A stretch of DNA of 64,000 nucleotides from Nitrospirota bacterium (GTDB lineage: Bacteria; Nitrospirota; UBA9217). The first letter of the stretch is position 1; every line of letters begins with the position of its first letter. A model generated the notes under the pieces. It saw only the letters and a program-made list of their open reading frames with translations. It was not told the DNA's origin and ran no database searches. Positions 42,207 through 53,519 of the stretch are shown here, piece after piece. A program made the translations under genes and the position numbers. The stretch is from NCBI GenBank assembly GCA_963796285.1, contig CAWCKW010000012.1, positions 1,376,001 to 1,440,000 on the forward strand. The letters are read 5' to 3'.

Positions 42207-43941
42207 CCTGATCCTTCTTCATCCGCCGAGCGTTTTCAAATTCCGGGAAATGCCCCTTTTTTTCGGCCCGGTCAGCGATGTGGTGCCGTCATCGTCCATA
42301 TTCGAGATCTATCCCATCGGGTTCCTCACCATATCCGACTACCTCACCAGACACGGCATCTCGGTGCGGATCATCAACCTCGCCCTGAAAATGCTCCAAA
42401 GCGCGTCGTTCGACCCTGAACCCTATGTCAAAGGACTTGATGCCGCGGCTTTCGGCATCGACCTTCACTGGCTTCCGCATGTGGACGGCAGTCTGAGCCT
42501 TGCCGAGCTCGTCAAAAAGTACCATCCCGATACACCGGTCATACTCGGCGGTCTCAGCGCGACCTATTATCACGAAGAGATCATGCGCGACTATCCCTTT
42601 GTGGATTTCATCGTCCGCGGCGACTCCACCGAAGAACCACTCCGGCAGCTCATGAACGCGATCAAGACGGGTTCGGGATATGAGAACGTGCCGAACCTCG
42701 CATGGCGCGACAGGGAGGGCCGCACAAAGACCAATGAGCCCACGTTTCAGCCTGAGAATCTCGATTACGTCAGCTTCAACTACCCTCATCTCCTGAAGAT
42801 GGCGGTCAAATATCTCGACCCGTCTGGATACATCCCCTTCAAGTACTGGCTCAGCTACCCCGTCACCGCCATTTTTACGGTCCGGGGATGCAACCACAAC
42901 TGCGGGACCTGCGGAGGCTCGATCTCTGCCTTCAACAAGGTCTGCATGAGAAAAAGGCCCTGTTTCCGGTCTCCTGAGCTCGTGGCGGAGGACATGCGCA
43001 CCATTGCGGAATATACCGGCGCACCGATGATGGTGCTGGGTGACCTGCTCCAGGCAGGGCGGGAGTACAGCGAGCGGTTCCTGAATGCGGTGAAGAAACA
43101 TCGCATCAGGAACGAGGTCTGCATCGAGTTCTTCAGTCCGCCCCCCGCTGCCTTTCTCGAAAAGGTCGCTGAATCCTTCTCGAACTTCAATATTGAGATA
43201 TCCCCGGAATCGCATGACATCAATGTCAGGAAAATATTCGGGAAGGATTACAGCAATGCCGCGCTGGAAGACATGATCGATACGCTCATCCGCATCGGAT
43301 GCAAACGGATCGACCTTTTTTTCATGGTCGGCCTCCCCCACCAGGACTACGCCTCGGTCATGGAGACGGTGCGCTACTGCGGGTCTCTCCTCGCCCGGTA
43401 CGGAAACAACGGGAACGCGGGCAGGGTCCTGCCCCTGCTCGCGCCGCTCGCGCCGTTTATCGACCCCGGTAGCGGCATCTTCGAGGATCCGGAAGCGTAC
43501 GGATACAGGTTCTTTTACCGGACGCTCAGGGAGCATCGGCAGGCCATGCTCATGCCGAGTTGGAAATACACGCTGAACTATGAAACGAATTGGATGACGC
43601 GGGACGAGATCGTGAAGGCCACCTATGACGGGGCGCTTGCGCTCATCGAGATCAAGGAACGATATGGCGTGATCGGGGAACGGAACGCGGTAATGGTGAG
43701 GGACCATCTTCAGCGGGCGATGCGATTGAACGAGAAGATCACTGATCCGGAGAATATTGACGATACCTTGCGCGAAGAGATCTTCAACCTGAACACCCTG
43801 GACTCGGTGTGCGGCAAGCACGAACTCGACTGGACCATCGAGGGGTGGAAGGTGAAGGTGCCGGGGCTGCTCAAGCTGCTGTTTAAGCCTGAGAGGTCTA
43901 AGCTGCGCAAAGCGGAAAAAATAAATCCTTTCCTAACCTGA
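42193..43941 (+). CDS. B12-binding radical SAM protein (Ta0216/TIGR04190-like family)
   Basis: DLILLHPPSV, GPVSDVVPS..FEIYPIGF, GIDLHWLPH, RGCNHNCGTCGGS, ISPESHD, PFIDPGS. Confidence 0.85.
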   Translation: MPKPDLILLHPPSVFKFREMPLFFGPVSDVVPSSSIFEIYPIGFLTISDYLTRHGISVRIINLALKMLQSASFDPEPYVKGLDAAAFGIDLHWLPHVDGSLSLAELVKKYHPDTPVILGGLSATYYHEEIMRDYPFVDFIVRGDSTEEPLRQLMNAIKTGSGYENVPNLAWRDREGRTKTNEPTFQPENLDYVSFNYPHLLKMAVKYLDPSGYIPFKYWLSYPVTAIFTVRGCNHNCGTCGGSISAFNKVCMRKRPCFRSPELVAEDMRTIAEYTGAPMMVLGDLLQAGREYSERFLNAVKKHRIRNEVCIEFFSPPPAAFLEKVAESFSNFNIEISPESHDINVRKIFGKDYSNAALEDMIDTLIRIGCKRIDLFFMVGLPHQDYASVMETVRYCGSLLARYGNNGNAGRVLPLLAPLAPFIDPGSGIFEDPEAYGYRFFYRTLREHRQAMLMPSWKYTLNYETNWMTRDEIVKATYDGALALIEIKERYGVIGERNAVMVRDHLQRAMRLNEKITDPENIDDTLREEIFNLNTLDSVCGKHELDWTIEGWKVKVPGLLKLLFKPERSKLRKAEKINPFLT

Positions 43942-44110
43942 CCATGCCGGTATGGCATATCACACGTTTTGCAATCATCTGCTCGGCGGGCCCACCTCTG
44001 CGAACCTTCACGTGCATCAAGGTACTGAACCCTCTAAGTAACAACGGCCTGCTATCCATTTCAAACAACAGTAGTCCGGGCTCGTCCGGATCGATTTTCA
44101 GAACTATCCC

Positions 44111-44410
44111 CTATAACTTGAGCACGCTCTTGAAAAACCTGTTCATCATAAGACCACCGGCGGCGCCGAGCAGGGCGCCAAAACCGGCCAGGAACCCCAT
44201 CACCAGAACCAGAACCAGCGCGATCGCGAAAGAGTTCTTTCCGCATGACGGGCCGAACATCCTGGTCACGTCCTTGGCAGCCGCGTCCCACCAGGTCCCC
44301 TGGATCGAGCCGGAGAGAAAGAGGTCCATGGACAGGGCCGCACCCAGACTGGCCAGCGCGCCGATCGCCGCACCGATAATGACAGCTTTTTTGAGACCCT
44401 TGTCACTCAT
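44111..44410 (-). CDS. Small membrane protein
   Basis: Two Gly/Ala-rich TM segments; follows the hydrolase-fold gene. Confidence 0.7.
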   Translation of the reverse strand: MSDKGLKKAVIIGAAIGALASLGAALSMDLFLSGSIQGTWWDAAAKDVTRMFGPSCGKNSFAIALVLVLVMGFLAGFGALLGAAGGLMMNRFFKSVLKL

Positions 44411-44527
44411 AGCATTGTTTTCTGTAGATGGTAACCAGGTGACGGCAAAAAGAGCGTAATTTTTCTCGCCTGAATGAATGAGACCCCGCCCTCTCCTGCT
44501 TACAATGTACGGCCTCCTCCCTGTTGA

Positions 44528-45670
44528 TTACTTTATTCCGCCCTTCTCCAGCAGCCCGTAGATCGCCATAAACAGGCGCCAGCCTCCCAGGACATACCGT
44601 TGATACCGGTCTCCGACCGAAGGCTCGATCGGCTCGCTCTGCATGAACTGCGGCAGAAGTACGAGGTAAACCCGGTCCTTGTCGCCAACCGCCTCGGCAA
44701 GCTTCACGCTCTCCGTATAGGGAACGAATTGATCATCCATGCCGTGGATGATGATGAATGATGCCGTGATATAAGGTATCGCACGTGACGGTGACAGCTG
44801 ATACACATACTCCCTTACCTGCAAGGGAAGGTTCTCATAGAGCGGCGCGAATCGTTCCTGGCGGGTATTGACGAGTAAAGCGTGGACCGCCCTGCCCTCC
44901 GGACCAAGGGCTCTTGCGAGCGACTCGGCCGCCGCAGTATCGTATCGGTTTCGCGTTTCGATGATCTTCCTGAGCTTCTCCCGGTCATCGGATGAACGCA
45001 GGAGGTCAAGATTCCTGTATGCAACCATCCACCGGAGCGAAGCTTCGGGCCTGACGTATCCCCGGAGTCCACCATACTCAATGGCGCCGGTCAGTGCGAA
45101 GGACATCACCGTGCGGAGGTCGTAATACCCGCCGAAGGTCGTAACCACGCCGACCTTGTCCCGTATCCGCGGGTCAGCCGCGGCAAGCAGCATGGGCCCT
45201 GCGCCATAGCCGATACCGAGCATGCCCCCGCGTGGTCCGGCATGCTCCGTCCTGCTCAGGTACAGGAAGCTTTGAAGAATGTCCTCGGCATCGGAGACCC
45301 TGATCCGAAGGGTCTTCATCCCTTCGAAATCGGGGACCAGGACAAGGAACCCTGCCCGCGCCAGGTCTTCGGCCAGGAGCACGAGCTGCTCATCATCCTT
45401 TCCCGCGGGGTTCACGCCGTGCACAAGGAGCAGAGGGAACTGCCTGCCTTGCCGGAGAGGACGATAGAGATCAGCGTGAATGACCCGGCCCCTGCCCGGG
45501 ACCGTCACCTTCGTCATCGCCGGCCCATCGATGAGCTTCCCCATCATCGCCTTCTCCGGCGACCGCACACTGTCGATAAGGATGAGCAGGCTCAGGCATC
45601 CCCGCTTGATTTGGGCGGGAAACAGGGCGCCGATGATGACCAGTGCGGAAAGGAAGATGATCTTTTTCAT
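44528..45670 (-). CDS. Alpha/beta hydrolase fold protein with atypical active site
   Basis: ADLYRP, LLVHG, GFLVLVPD, IIHGMDD.FVP; elbow reads GIGYG. Confidence 0.8.
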   Translation of the reverse strand: MKKIIFLSALVIIGALFPAQIKRGCLSLLILIDSVRSPEKAMMGKLIDGPAMTKVTVPGRGRVIHADLYRPLRQGRQFPLLLVHGVNPAGKDDEQLVLLAEDLARAGFLVLVPDFEGMKTLRIRVSDAEDILQSFLYLSRTEHAGPRGGMLGIGYGAGPMLLAAADPRIRDKVGVVTTFGGYYDLRTVMSFALTGAIEYGGLRGYVRPEASLRWMVAYRNLDLLRSSDDREKLRKIIETRNRYDTAAAESLARALGPEGRAVHALLVNTRQERFAPLYENLPLQVREYVYQLSPSRAIPYITASFIIIHGMDDQFVPYTESVKLAEAVGDKDRVYLVLLPQFMQSEPIEPSVGDRYQRYVLGGWRLFMAIYGLLEKGGIK

Positions 45671-45753
45671 GGTAAAAAGCCTTCAGCCATCACCGGCCTT
45701 ATTCTGACGCCTGTCTTCCTGCTCCGGATGTTGAACCCCGGACCCCGGATGTT

Positions 45754-46408
45754 TTATTTCAATATCTCCCCGGTCTTTCGGGACCACAGGAGCAGGTCCA
45801 GGTGGTCCATGTCGATGCCGATCTCTTTCGCGAATTGCTCGAGCTTCATCTCGATCGCGAGGTAACCCGCGCGCGTCGTTGAACGCATCCGTGGGCCGAT
45901 CACTCCCATCTCGCGGAGACTGTTCAGAATGTGCTTGTCCAGGATGGCATAGCCGGGGAAGCCGATGTTGCGGAGAAAATGGCTCGCCTCTTTATACCCT
46001 AATCCTTTTACCCCTTTGTTCTTCGCGAAAAAATCGCGCCGAGCATGGCGGCCATCAAAAGATCCGATCAACCGTTTAAGCTTCAGCCCGCATAAATCAT
46101 CGAGATATTCCCTCGTATGGTGAATGTAGGACGGCCGCAGGCGCCAGAACCGCACACGGTGTGCTTGCGCGCGCTGCTGGAGCTCCTTCTCACTGCCGGT
46201 CCGGAGGATGTCCTTGAGACGCGTCTACGGTGCGCATGCCCATTTTCGCGCTGCTGCCCGCGGTCAGGATGCAGTAGCAGAGTTCTTCGAAGATCGCCCG
46301 GTCGCCCTTCTCGTACACTGTTCTGAACTCGGCGAGCCGTTTAACGATCAGCGGCTTTTTCGCGCGATAGTCCCGCCTCAGCTCGTCAATGAGTTCTTTT
46401 CCAGGCAC
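45754..46408 (-). CDS. ogg: 8-oxoguanine DNA glycosylase/AP lyase, archaeal-type Ogg (frameshifted near 46130-46220)
   Basis: FEELCYCILTA; VKGLGYKEASHFLRNIG, AILDKHIL, LDLLLWS..TG.ILK. Confidence 0.88.
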
Positions 46409-46754
46409 TATAGCCGCCCTTCAGGTTGAAAAGGTTTTTGTAACCCATGCCCATCAGCCGCTTGATGGCCCAGATGCTCCGGTTGCCGTTCTGGCAGTAT
46501 ACCACCAGCTCCTTGTCCTTCTTGAGCTTCTTGATCTTGTCGCCGATGTCCGAAAGCGGCACATGGATCGCGCCGGGAATATGGCCTCTTTCGTAGTCCT
46601 TGTTCGTGCGTACATCGAGGATCATCATGCCCTTTTTCTGGTCAAGCTCCTTCGGGGAAATCTGTTTGATCCCCAGACGCCCCAGAAGACCGAAGAGTTT
46701 GAAAATAAGATAGATCGCTATAACGCTTACCAGTATCGTTGATGCTGTATCCAA
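46386..46754 (-). CDS. Rhodanese-like domain protein with N-terminal TM
   Basis: LDVRT, GHIPGA, YCQNGNRS, LKGG..AW. Confidence 0.9.
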   Translation of the reverse strand: MDTASTILVSVIAIYLIFKLFGLLGRLGIKQISPKELDQKKGMMILDVRTNKDYERGHIPGAIHVPLSDIGDKIKKLKKDKELVVYCQNGNRSIWAIKRLMGMGYKNLFNLKGGYSAWKRTH

Positions 46755-46896
46755 GGTGCCCCCTTTAAAGTAAGTTCCGAGTAGCGAGTTCAGAGTGCGG
46801 CCAAGTCAACGTCGAAGGTGGTGCTCCGAATTATGAATCAGCCCTCACTATTTTGTTCTGTGACGTCTTACGAACTCCGAACTCCAAAACTCCGAA

Positions 46897-49050
46897 CTAT
46901 GAATTATGAACCTCTCCACTTTTCACCGACGCCGGCAGTTCTATAATGAACCGCGCTCCATGGGGATCATTCTTTGACACGCTGATCGTGCCGCGATGGT
47001 CCTTGATGATCCTGAGCACGATGGCGAGTCCCAGGCCGCTCTTCTTTTTTTTTCGGGAGAACTCCGGCTCGAACAGCTTCGGCACATCCTCTGCCGCGAT
47101 CCCCGGCCCTTCATCGGCAACATCGATCTGCGCCATGCCTGAAGAGGTCATCTTCGCCGCAACCAGTATCCTGCCCTTGCCGCCCATGGCCTCGACCGCG
47201 TTTTCGAAGAGATTGATGAAAACCCGTTTGATCTGCTCACGGTCAATGAACACGTCGGGCAGGTCCGGCATGATATCCTTTACAAACACAATGTCCTTAT
47301 GCGCGCCGCTGTAAAGCTGGACCACGCTCTCGATCACCGGCGCGAGGGGCTGCAGCATGGGGTTCGAGCTCGGCATGCGCGCGAAGTTCGCAAACTCGTC
47401 CACGAGCTTTCGCAGACCGTCAGCCTCCTGAACGATCGTCAGGCTGCACTCATCGAAGACAGCATCGAAGTCCGGCGCGCCTTCCGCGTGTTTCTTGCGC
47501 AGCCGCTCGGCGGAAAGCTTGATGGGCGTGAGCGGGTTCTTGAACTCATGCGCGATCCTTCTCGCCACATCCTGCCAGGTTTCGGCCTTCTTTGCGCGCA
47601 GCAGTTCAGTAAGGTCGTCGAAGGTAATGACCGACCCGATGATGCGTGCCGATGCCGTCCCTGAGTGCGGAGATACGCATCCTGAGCGTCAGCATCCTGC
47701 CCCGCACATTGAGCGACATTTCCTCCTCGGCCCGTCCCTGCCCCTGCTCGAGCCTGCGAAACAGGCCGCGGATCGGGTCCAACTCGAGGAACCCGAAAGC
47801 CTCATCATACCGTTTGCCGAGCACGTCCTGCTCCTGGATGCCAAGGATCTCCGAGGCCGACTGGTTGACCGTCGTGATCCTGCCCGTACGGTCGATGGAA
47901 ACGACGCCCGTTTCGATGTTCGAGAGGATCGTCTTCTTGTAGCTGACCTCCTGCTCGACCTGCTCCCGCGACTGCTGGAGGTCTTGGGTCATCTTGTTGA
48001 ACGAGTCGATCAGCACCCCCACCTCGTCGTCGGACGTTTCGTCGATCCGGTAATCGAACCTGCCCGCCGCTACCGCAGCGGTCCCTTCCGCCAGCTTCCT
48101 GATCGGCACCGTGATGCCGGCGGCCACCCGGAGCGCCACCCAGATAGCCGCAAGGAGGAGCGCCAGCGTGACTGAAAGGAACCCGAGCCGGTATGACAGC
48201 TTGATCGGCTCCTTGCCGCTGAACGCGGACCGGTACTGTGCGTACCCTTCGCGGATGACAACTGACTTTGCGGCCAGGCTCTGAGGAATATAAAAACTGA
48301 CGGCGACCGCCGCAATGACACTGTTTCCTTCACGAGATCTGAACGTTCATAGAGCGGCACGACTGCCCGCATGATGTCGCCCTTTTTTGCTGAACCTGCT
48401 ACATCTGCCGCCTCCTGCCCTGCAAAGGCCTTGGCCACGAGGTCGGACGGTGTCTGTGTGAATGTTTTCGCCGGGTATTGACTCGTAACAACGGCCACGG
48501 ACCGCTCGCGGGGGGAGGTGAAGAGTTCAACCGATCCTAGGCCGTACTCTTCAGCCTTCTTGGCCAGATACTCCTTGAGCACCTGCTTCTCGAACTGGGG
48601 CAGGAGCCGGGCATCGGTCATCTGACTGCTGATCTGTTTGCCGAAAACAAAGGCCTCTTTCTGGAGACGGTCGTAGTACTCCTGGGAAACCGAGACCGCG
48701 TCCTTGAGCGAATTCTCGATCCTGAGGCTGAAGAGCCGCTCGATGCTTCTGGTGAACATTCCGCTCCCGATCAAAAAAAGGAGCACAGGAGGAATGAATG
48801 ACAGGCTGACAAAAGCAAAGACCAGTTTGGTCCTGAACCGCGCCCCCAACACGCCCTGTCTCCGCTCCATCGAGAGTTTCCAGAGGCTCCTGGCCATCAT
48901 GAAGATGACCGCAGCCAGGAGCAGGAAATTCGCATTGATGAGGATGAGGATCAGGATATTGTCGGACAGCGGCCCTTCAAACCCCCGGTATTGGAGCTGA
49001 AGCACGATGGCGAGCGCCGTCAGGAGGAGAAAAGAAGCGAGATAGATCAC
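46897..49050 (-). CDS. NtrY-like HAMP/PAS sensor histidine kinase (several frameshifts)
   Basis: GARFRTKLV..F N-terminus, HAMP, PAS, ARRIAHEFKNPLTPI H-box, NAVEA, DEGPGI, GLGL across ORFs 48070-49050, 47606-48139, 46897-47568. Confidence 0.87.
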
Positions 49051-49442
49051 GCCTTTCCACCCGCCCTTGGCCTCTGGAGTGTCAGGTCCTCATGGTCTCG
49101 GCAGAATACCAAAAAGACCCATCAAAAGCAAGGTCTGCTTTAGATCCTGCCTGATTAATTCTCTTGACAAACAAGAGGTTTCTCGATATCTTTAGGAAAA
49201 TCTACCACGGAAAACCCCTCTCGTGTTGCGCCATTGAGGGGCACTGGATCGAGTCGACGGGAAGCTCAGAATCGAGACAGTCACCGCAAAACTCAATGCC
49301 CTTGCAGTAAGACAGCTTGCTTTGAGCAAACCGCAGAGCGAGACATGATGAATGGACATGGCACAGGAAGCTTCGGAGAAAAAGTACCCCCGGGATAGAA
49401 AAGTAACTGGTAATAAACGAAGAAAAAAATCAGGAGGCAGGA

Positions 49443-50732
49443 ATGACCACACGGTTGAAACACATCATGCAATCACTTTGTATCGTTCTTATCCCCATTC
49501 TCTTTTCCTGCACATCTCATCTCCAGCAACAAAAAGAAGAACCCATACCGCCTCCGGCGGCAGAGCCGCAGGCTGAGGCTCCTGTTCCTGCTGCAGAAAC
49601 CGCGGCAGTCGAGCCCGCTCCCGCAACACCGGAATCCGAGCCGGCCGCGCCAACACCGGCAGTAATAGAAACCGCGGTAGTCGAGCCCGCACCTGCAACT
49701 GAAGAACTTCACCCCTATATCATCAAACAGGGAGACACCCTCTGGGACATCTCAAATACGTTCTTTAAAGACCCCTTCCTCTGGCCGTTCATATGGAAGG
49801 CAAACCCGTCAATCACCAATCCGGACTTGATATTCACCGGGAACAAGCTGGTGATCCCCAGCCTCACTCCGGTCGAACGGGCCTTGAAGGCCGAAGCGGT
49901 GCCGAAAGAACCGCTTGGTGAGAAGCGAGCTGCTGCTGAAGAGCCGATCCCGCCGCAGGCAGCGACTCAGCAAGAAGGGATCTCGGCAGCCCCTATTACC
50001 ACCCCGCAACCGACCGGAGAGAAGACAGCGGAAGTGGGGAGCAGGGTCATCATGCCCGAGGAGCAGATCTATCCTATTATTGATAAATACGCCATGATCA
50101 GCGCGGGGTTTGTGAATGAAGAAGAAACGCGGGATACTATCACGGGAGCACCGGAGGAAGGCAAGTCCATATTCGGATATGATGATATCGTGTATGTCTC
50201 GATGCACGACGCTGACAGTGTAAAGATTGGGGACAAATATCTCATTTATACCACCTTGCACAAGGTCAAACACCCGATAACAAACAAGTCCTTCGGCAGG
50301 CTGATAAAGGGCCTCGGCCTTCTCCAGATCATCGCCAAAGACCCGGATGCCAAGATGCTCACTGCCCGTATCACTCTTTCCTTCGCTGAGATCGAAAAAG
50401 ACAACATGCTGATCCCCTATCAGGAGCCCATGCCGATCTATAATTCATCTCAAAAGAAGTCCAAGGACATCTCGGGATACATCCTCGAAGTAACGGACAG
50501 GCGCACCATCAATGCGCAGTCGGACGTCGTGTACCTTGACAAAGGCAGCGCGGATGGCGTCGAGCCAGGGGATAGTTTTCTCGTGTATGAAGAACCGGCC
50601 GAAAAGGGTTTCCCGAAGAAGGTGGTCGGTGAAGTACAGGTATTTCTTGTAAAGGAGCATACTTCGACTGCAATAGTGAAAAAGAGTACCGAGCCCATGG
50701 GCAAAGGCAATGGCGTTGATTTCAAGAAATAA
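49443..50732 (+). CDS. LysM peptidoglycan-binding lipoprotein
   Basis: Lipobox LFSC, Pro/Ala/Glu linker, YIIKQGDTLWDIS..WPFIW.ANP.I.NPDLI LysM, YLDKG..DGV..GD. Confidence 0.88.
   Translation: MTTRLKHIMQSLCIVLIPILFSCTSHLQQQKEEPIPPPAAEPQAEAPVPAAETAAVEPAPATPESEPAAPTPAVIETAVVEPAPATEELHPYIIKQGDTLWDISNTFFKDPFLWPFIWKANPSITNPDLIFTGNKLVIPSLTPVERALKAEAVPKEPLGEKRAAAEEPIPPQAATQQEGISAAPITTPQPTGEKTAEVGSRVIMPEEQIYPIIDKYAMISAGFVNEEETRDTITGAPEEGKSIFGYDDIVYVSMHDADSVKIGDKYLIYTTLHKVKHPITNKSFGRLIKGLGLLQIIAKDPDAKMLTARITLSFAEIEKDNMLIPYQEPMPIYNSSQKKSKDISGYILEVTDRRTINAQSDVVYLDKGSADGVEPGDSFLVYEEPAEKGFPKKVVGEVQVFLVKEHTSTAIVKKSTEPMGKGNGVDFKK
49596..49700 (+). repeat. Duplicated linker unit ETA(A/V)VEPAPAT
   Basis: GAAACCGCGG(C/T)AGTCGAGCCCGC occurs twice ~72 bp apart. 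Confidence 0.75.
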
Positions 50733-50751
50733 GCCGCGCAGGTAGTCTCGT

Positions 50752-51493
50752 CTATTGTATAGTGGGTGACGCGTTCGGATCGAAGGGATTCATCCGCACG
50801 GCGAACGAGAACAGATAAGGGTAATCGTGTTTCAGATGTTTCATGTAGGCAAGCCACTCAACGATGAGAATGGTATATGCCCGCCTGATGTCGCCGGCGA
50901 TGTGATTGCCATCCGAAGGCGGCAGATGGTGCAGGTCCTCGCGTACAGCAAGTTCCTCGGACAGATGGAAAACCGCCCACAGAAGTTCGGTAAATGACTC
51001 GTGTTCGAGCAGATTGGGATTCTCGAGCAATCCAAGAAGAAATTTCCGTTTCCCCATTAAAAAGGTCTTGAGCGCTTCCAGGTCACTCTCTGTATAGTGT
51101 ATCTGGTAATCATAGCTGCGGACCTGCTTGGCAACTGCGGCAAACTGCTGGTCCGACCACTCGCCTTTTACCAAGAGTTCCCCCCTGATTTTTCCCGTGT
51201 TTTGATCAAACGCTGCGAATGACTTGAGAAGCGTGGCCCCGACCTCGCTGAAGAACGTACCGATGACCATGTTCAGCTTGTTCAGCATCGAGAGCTTCTC
51301 GCGCACATTCAGAAGTTGGTTCAGGATCAGGGTGACCAGCAGCACCTGAATGGGGATAAAAGCGAGGTCTTGAAATAAATAAAAGAAAGTATCACGCGTT
51401 GAATGAAAGATCATTGATCTGTACATCGTACAAGATGACCGATATGGCTACCAGCAGTACTCCTAATGCGATCTGCCACTTGACGCGATTCAT
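50752..51493 (-). CDS. Conserved hypothetical membrane protein (frameshift near 51420)
   Basis: ATG 51493 after GGGAGG; DLAFIPIQVLLVT, KLNMVIGTFFSEVG, LLENPNLLEHESFT, YPYLFS. Confidence 0.75.
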
Positions 51494-51583
51494 CTCCGGC
51501 CTCCCTCATTGTACGTGAACGAAGTTTCTGCCGCATTCTATCAGAAAACAACGCGCGGAGCGGTCTTCAAACCACTCCGCTGT

Positions 51584-52132
51584 TTATTTATCACTTACTT
51601 CACTATAGAGAAAAAAACCATTGAAAAAATACACCAGGCCGAATACACCGGCCCCCATGCCGATGAACCAGAAAAGCTTCCTCTTCATTAACGCTGCAAT
51701 GGAAGAGAGCAGGATGGCGATCTGGAGGAACATGGCAGCCAGGCCGAATGCCCCGGAGTGCGTTTGAGCGTCGTCACGCCGCTTTTCCAGCTCCTCCGCC
51801 TTTTTCTTGATATCGTCCTTTTCCTTTTCGTAGCGGTCTATCTTTTCCCGGTACGCCGCGATCCGCTTCTCATAATCAGCCGCCAGTGCGCGGGGCATGC
51901 CCTTGATCGTCTTGAGGTCCATCTCGAACTTCTCCTTTTGAAGTTCGTAGACATAGCCTTTGATGCTCTTGGACTGATAATAGGCCCACTGGTCCGAGGC
52001 CTGCGCCTGGGACATCACCGACCGTGTCGAGAATCCGCCGCCTTTGAGCGTCGAGAGCGTGGCGCATACGGCGAAGATCACCGTGGTGAGCGCGAGATAG
52101 TTGAGCCATGGTTCTTTTTTTTCTTCTGCCAT
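51584..52132 (-). CDS. DUF4337 family membrane protein
   Basis: ASDQWAYYQSKSIK, coiled coil, LQIAILLSSI. Confidence 0.85.
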   Translation of the reverse strand: MAEEKKEPWLNYLALTTVIFAVCATLSTLKGGGFSTRSVMSQAQASDQWAYYQSKSIKGYVYELQKEKFEMDLKTIKGMPRALAADYEKRIAAYREKIDRYEKEKDDIKKKAEELEKRRDDAQTHSGAFGLAAMFLQIAILLSSIAALMKRKLFWFIGMGAGVFGLVYFFNGFFLYSEVSDK

Positions 52133-52279
52133 ATGAATTCTTCCTCCTTATACTCAATGTTATTGAAAGCCCATACTACCGAAAAGCGGCGGATTAGTCA
52201 ACACGACCCTGGTACGAGCGCGCAGCTTCCTTGAAATCCCCCGAAGAACATGATACATTTTACACAGGAGAGCAAGGCC

Positions 52280-53372
52280 ATGATCATTGGCGTACCCAGG
52301 GAGATCAAGATCGAGGAATTCCGCGTAGGACTCACGCCCGTCGGCGCGCGGGAGCTGGCGCACGGCGGCCATACGGTCCTGGTGGAGACGGACGCCGGAG
52401 CAGGGAGCGGATTCCTCAATGATGCATACTGCAAGGCGGGCGCGGAAACCGTGCCAGAGGGAGACGGTCTTCAGTCGTGCGGAACTGATCGTAAAAGTGA
52501 AGGAACCCGTTTCGTCGGAATATCCCCTGCTTCGTGAAGGCGTCGCCCTCTTCACCTATCTCCACCTCGCGCCAAACCCGGAACTGACAAAGCTGCTGCT
52601 CGCCAAACAAGTGACCGGCCTCGCGTATGAAACCCTTGAACGCGATGGAAAACTCCCGCTCCTTGCCCCCATGAGCGAGATCGCCGGCAGAATGGCGCCG
52701 ATCATGGCCGCGTTCTATCTCCAGAAGTTCAAAGGCGGATCCGGCGTCCTCCCCACCGGTGTCTCCGGGGTGCGGCCGGGAAAGATCGTGATCCTGGGCG
52801 CTGGCGTGGTGGGGAGCAACGCTGCCCGGGTTGCGTATGGGGCTGGGGATGGAGACCGTTGTCATCAACAAGGACGCCGGCCGGCTGCAGAGGATCGACG
52901 AACTGTTCAAAGGCCGCGTAAGAACGCTGCCGATGACCACCCACGCAATCGAAGAGGAGATCGTCGATGCCGACATCATCGTCGGCGCGGTGCTCGTCCC
53001 CGGGGGCAGGACGCCGGTTTTGATCACGCGGGAAATGTTGGGTGCCATGAACAAGGGAGCTCGGTGATCGTGGACGTGTCCGTGGACCAGGGCGGGTGCG
53101 TCGAGACCTCGCACCCAACGACCCATGACGATCCCGTATTCGTCGTTGACGGCATCGTGCACTACTGCGTGGCCAACATGCCCGGCGCCTATCCGCGCAC
53201 GTCAACCCTGGCGCTCACGAACGCAACTCTTCCTTACGTCAAATTGCTGGCAACCAAAGGGATTGTTAATGCCATCGCGGAGAGTGCGGAGATACGAAGC
53301 AGCTTGAATACCTACCAGGGAAGAGTCACCAATAAGGCCCTCTCTGAGACAATGGGGATCAGGACGATGTAA
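52280..53372 (+). CDS. ald: Alanine dehydrogenase (frameshifts near 52455, 52845, 53060)
   Basis: [56 protein letters not shown]. Confidence 0.93.
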
Positions 53373-53519
53373 TATAACATGAACGTCTGTTATGTTGACA
53401 AAATGGGCAGACCCGCAATCACATACCGGTGTGCGATTAAAATGCTAAGAAATTCCGATTGAAACATGATAATTGCAGCAATTAAGTCACAGCACCGTTG
53501 TTAATGAGAGGATATGCCA

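Noticed and set aside
49236-49350. GGGGCACTGGATCGAGTCGACGGG resembling a tmRNA 5' end
   Set aside because: No tag peptide ending in ALAA-like residues and no T-arm/CCA 3' end
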